In this document: in pieces, positions 36,443-36,545 of the stretch
Position numbering within the stretch: position 1 is the first letter of the stretch
Layout of the letters: each line of letters begins with the position of its first letter
Assembly: GCA_037481835.1 (NCBI GenBank)
Contig: JBBFKW010000020.1
Coordinates: 10,985-47,529 of the forward strand
Direction: 5' to 3'
Length of the DNA stretch: 36,545 nucleotides
Source: Desulfosoma sp.
GTDB taxonomy: Bacteria > Desulfobacterota > Syntrophobacteria > Syntrophobacterales > DSM-9756
Notes under the pieces: model-generated
Told to the model about the DNA's origin: nothing
The model's database searches: none
What the model saw: only the letters and a program-made list of their open reading frames with translations
Translations under genes and position numbers: made by a program

Positions 36443-36545
36443 CCCAAGTTTGTCACATGTATGTTGAAAAAAAGGGATTGTCGCAATTTGGTCCTTGAAA
36501 AGAGGTTTCCGAACCGCCGAAAAAGCGGTTGTAGTGGTAGAGAGT

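Overview
GC-rich bacterial window. Bases 1-20449 hold a complete type III-A (Csm) CRISPR-Cas locus. It comprises one leader-proximal 36-bp repeat at the left edge, a minus-strand adaptation operon (TPR protein, CRISPR-associated primase-polymerase, cas1, cas2), a plus-strand cas6-cas10-csm2-csm3-csm4-csm5 operon and a minus-strand csx1-csx20-NUDIX operon. A plus-strand three-gene module follows: an atypical ECF-like sigma factor, a Zn-finger/MazF-like anti-sigma candidate, and a Lon-type Ser-Lys protease with a long helical C-terminus and no recognisable SAVED/CARF domain. A bipartite motif, TTTGNAAA-N13-GCCGT(AGA), sits in the correct orientation upstream of four transcription units of the locus and looks like the promoter for that sigma factor. 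Together these suggest a protease-gated transcriptional circuit controlling the CRISPR locus. Bases 20542-29956 carry a Liv-type ABC transporter plus hutU, formimidoyltransferase, hutI and cyclodeaminase. Bases 30051-36545 carry miscellaneous genes (YgjP-like metalloprotease, polysaccharide deacetylase, GNAT, C-N hydrolase, TspO), a decayed ARPP-1/DUF6569-like gene, a WYL regulator and three copies of a small MITE/REP-like element. All calls come from motif reading by eye; no searches were run.
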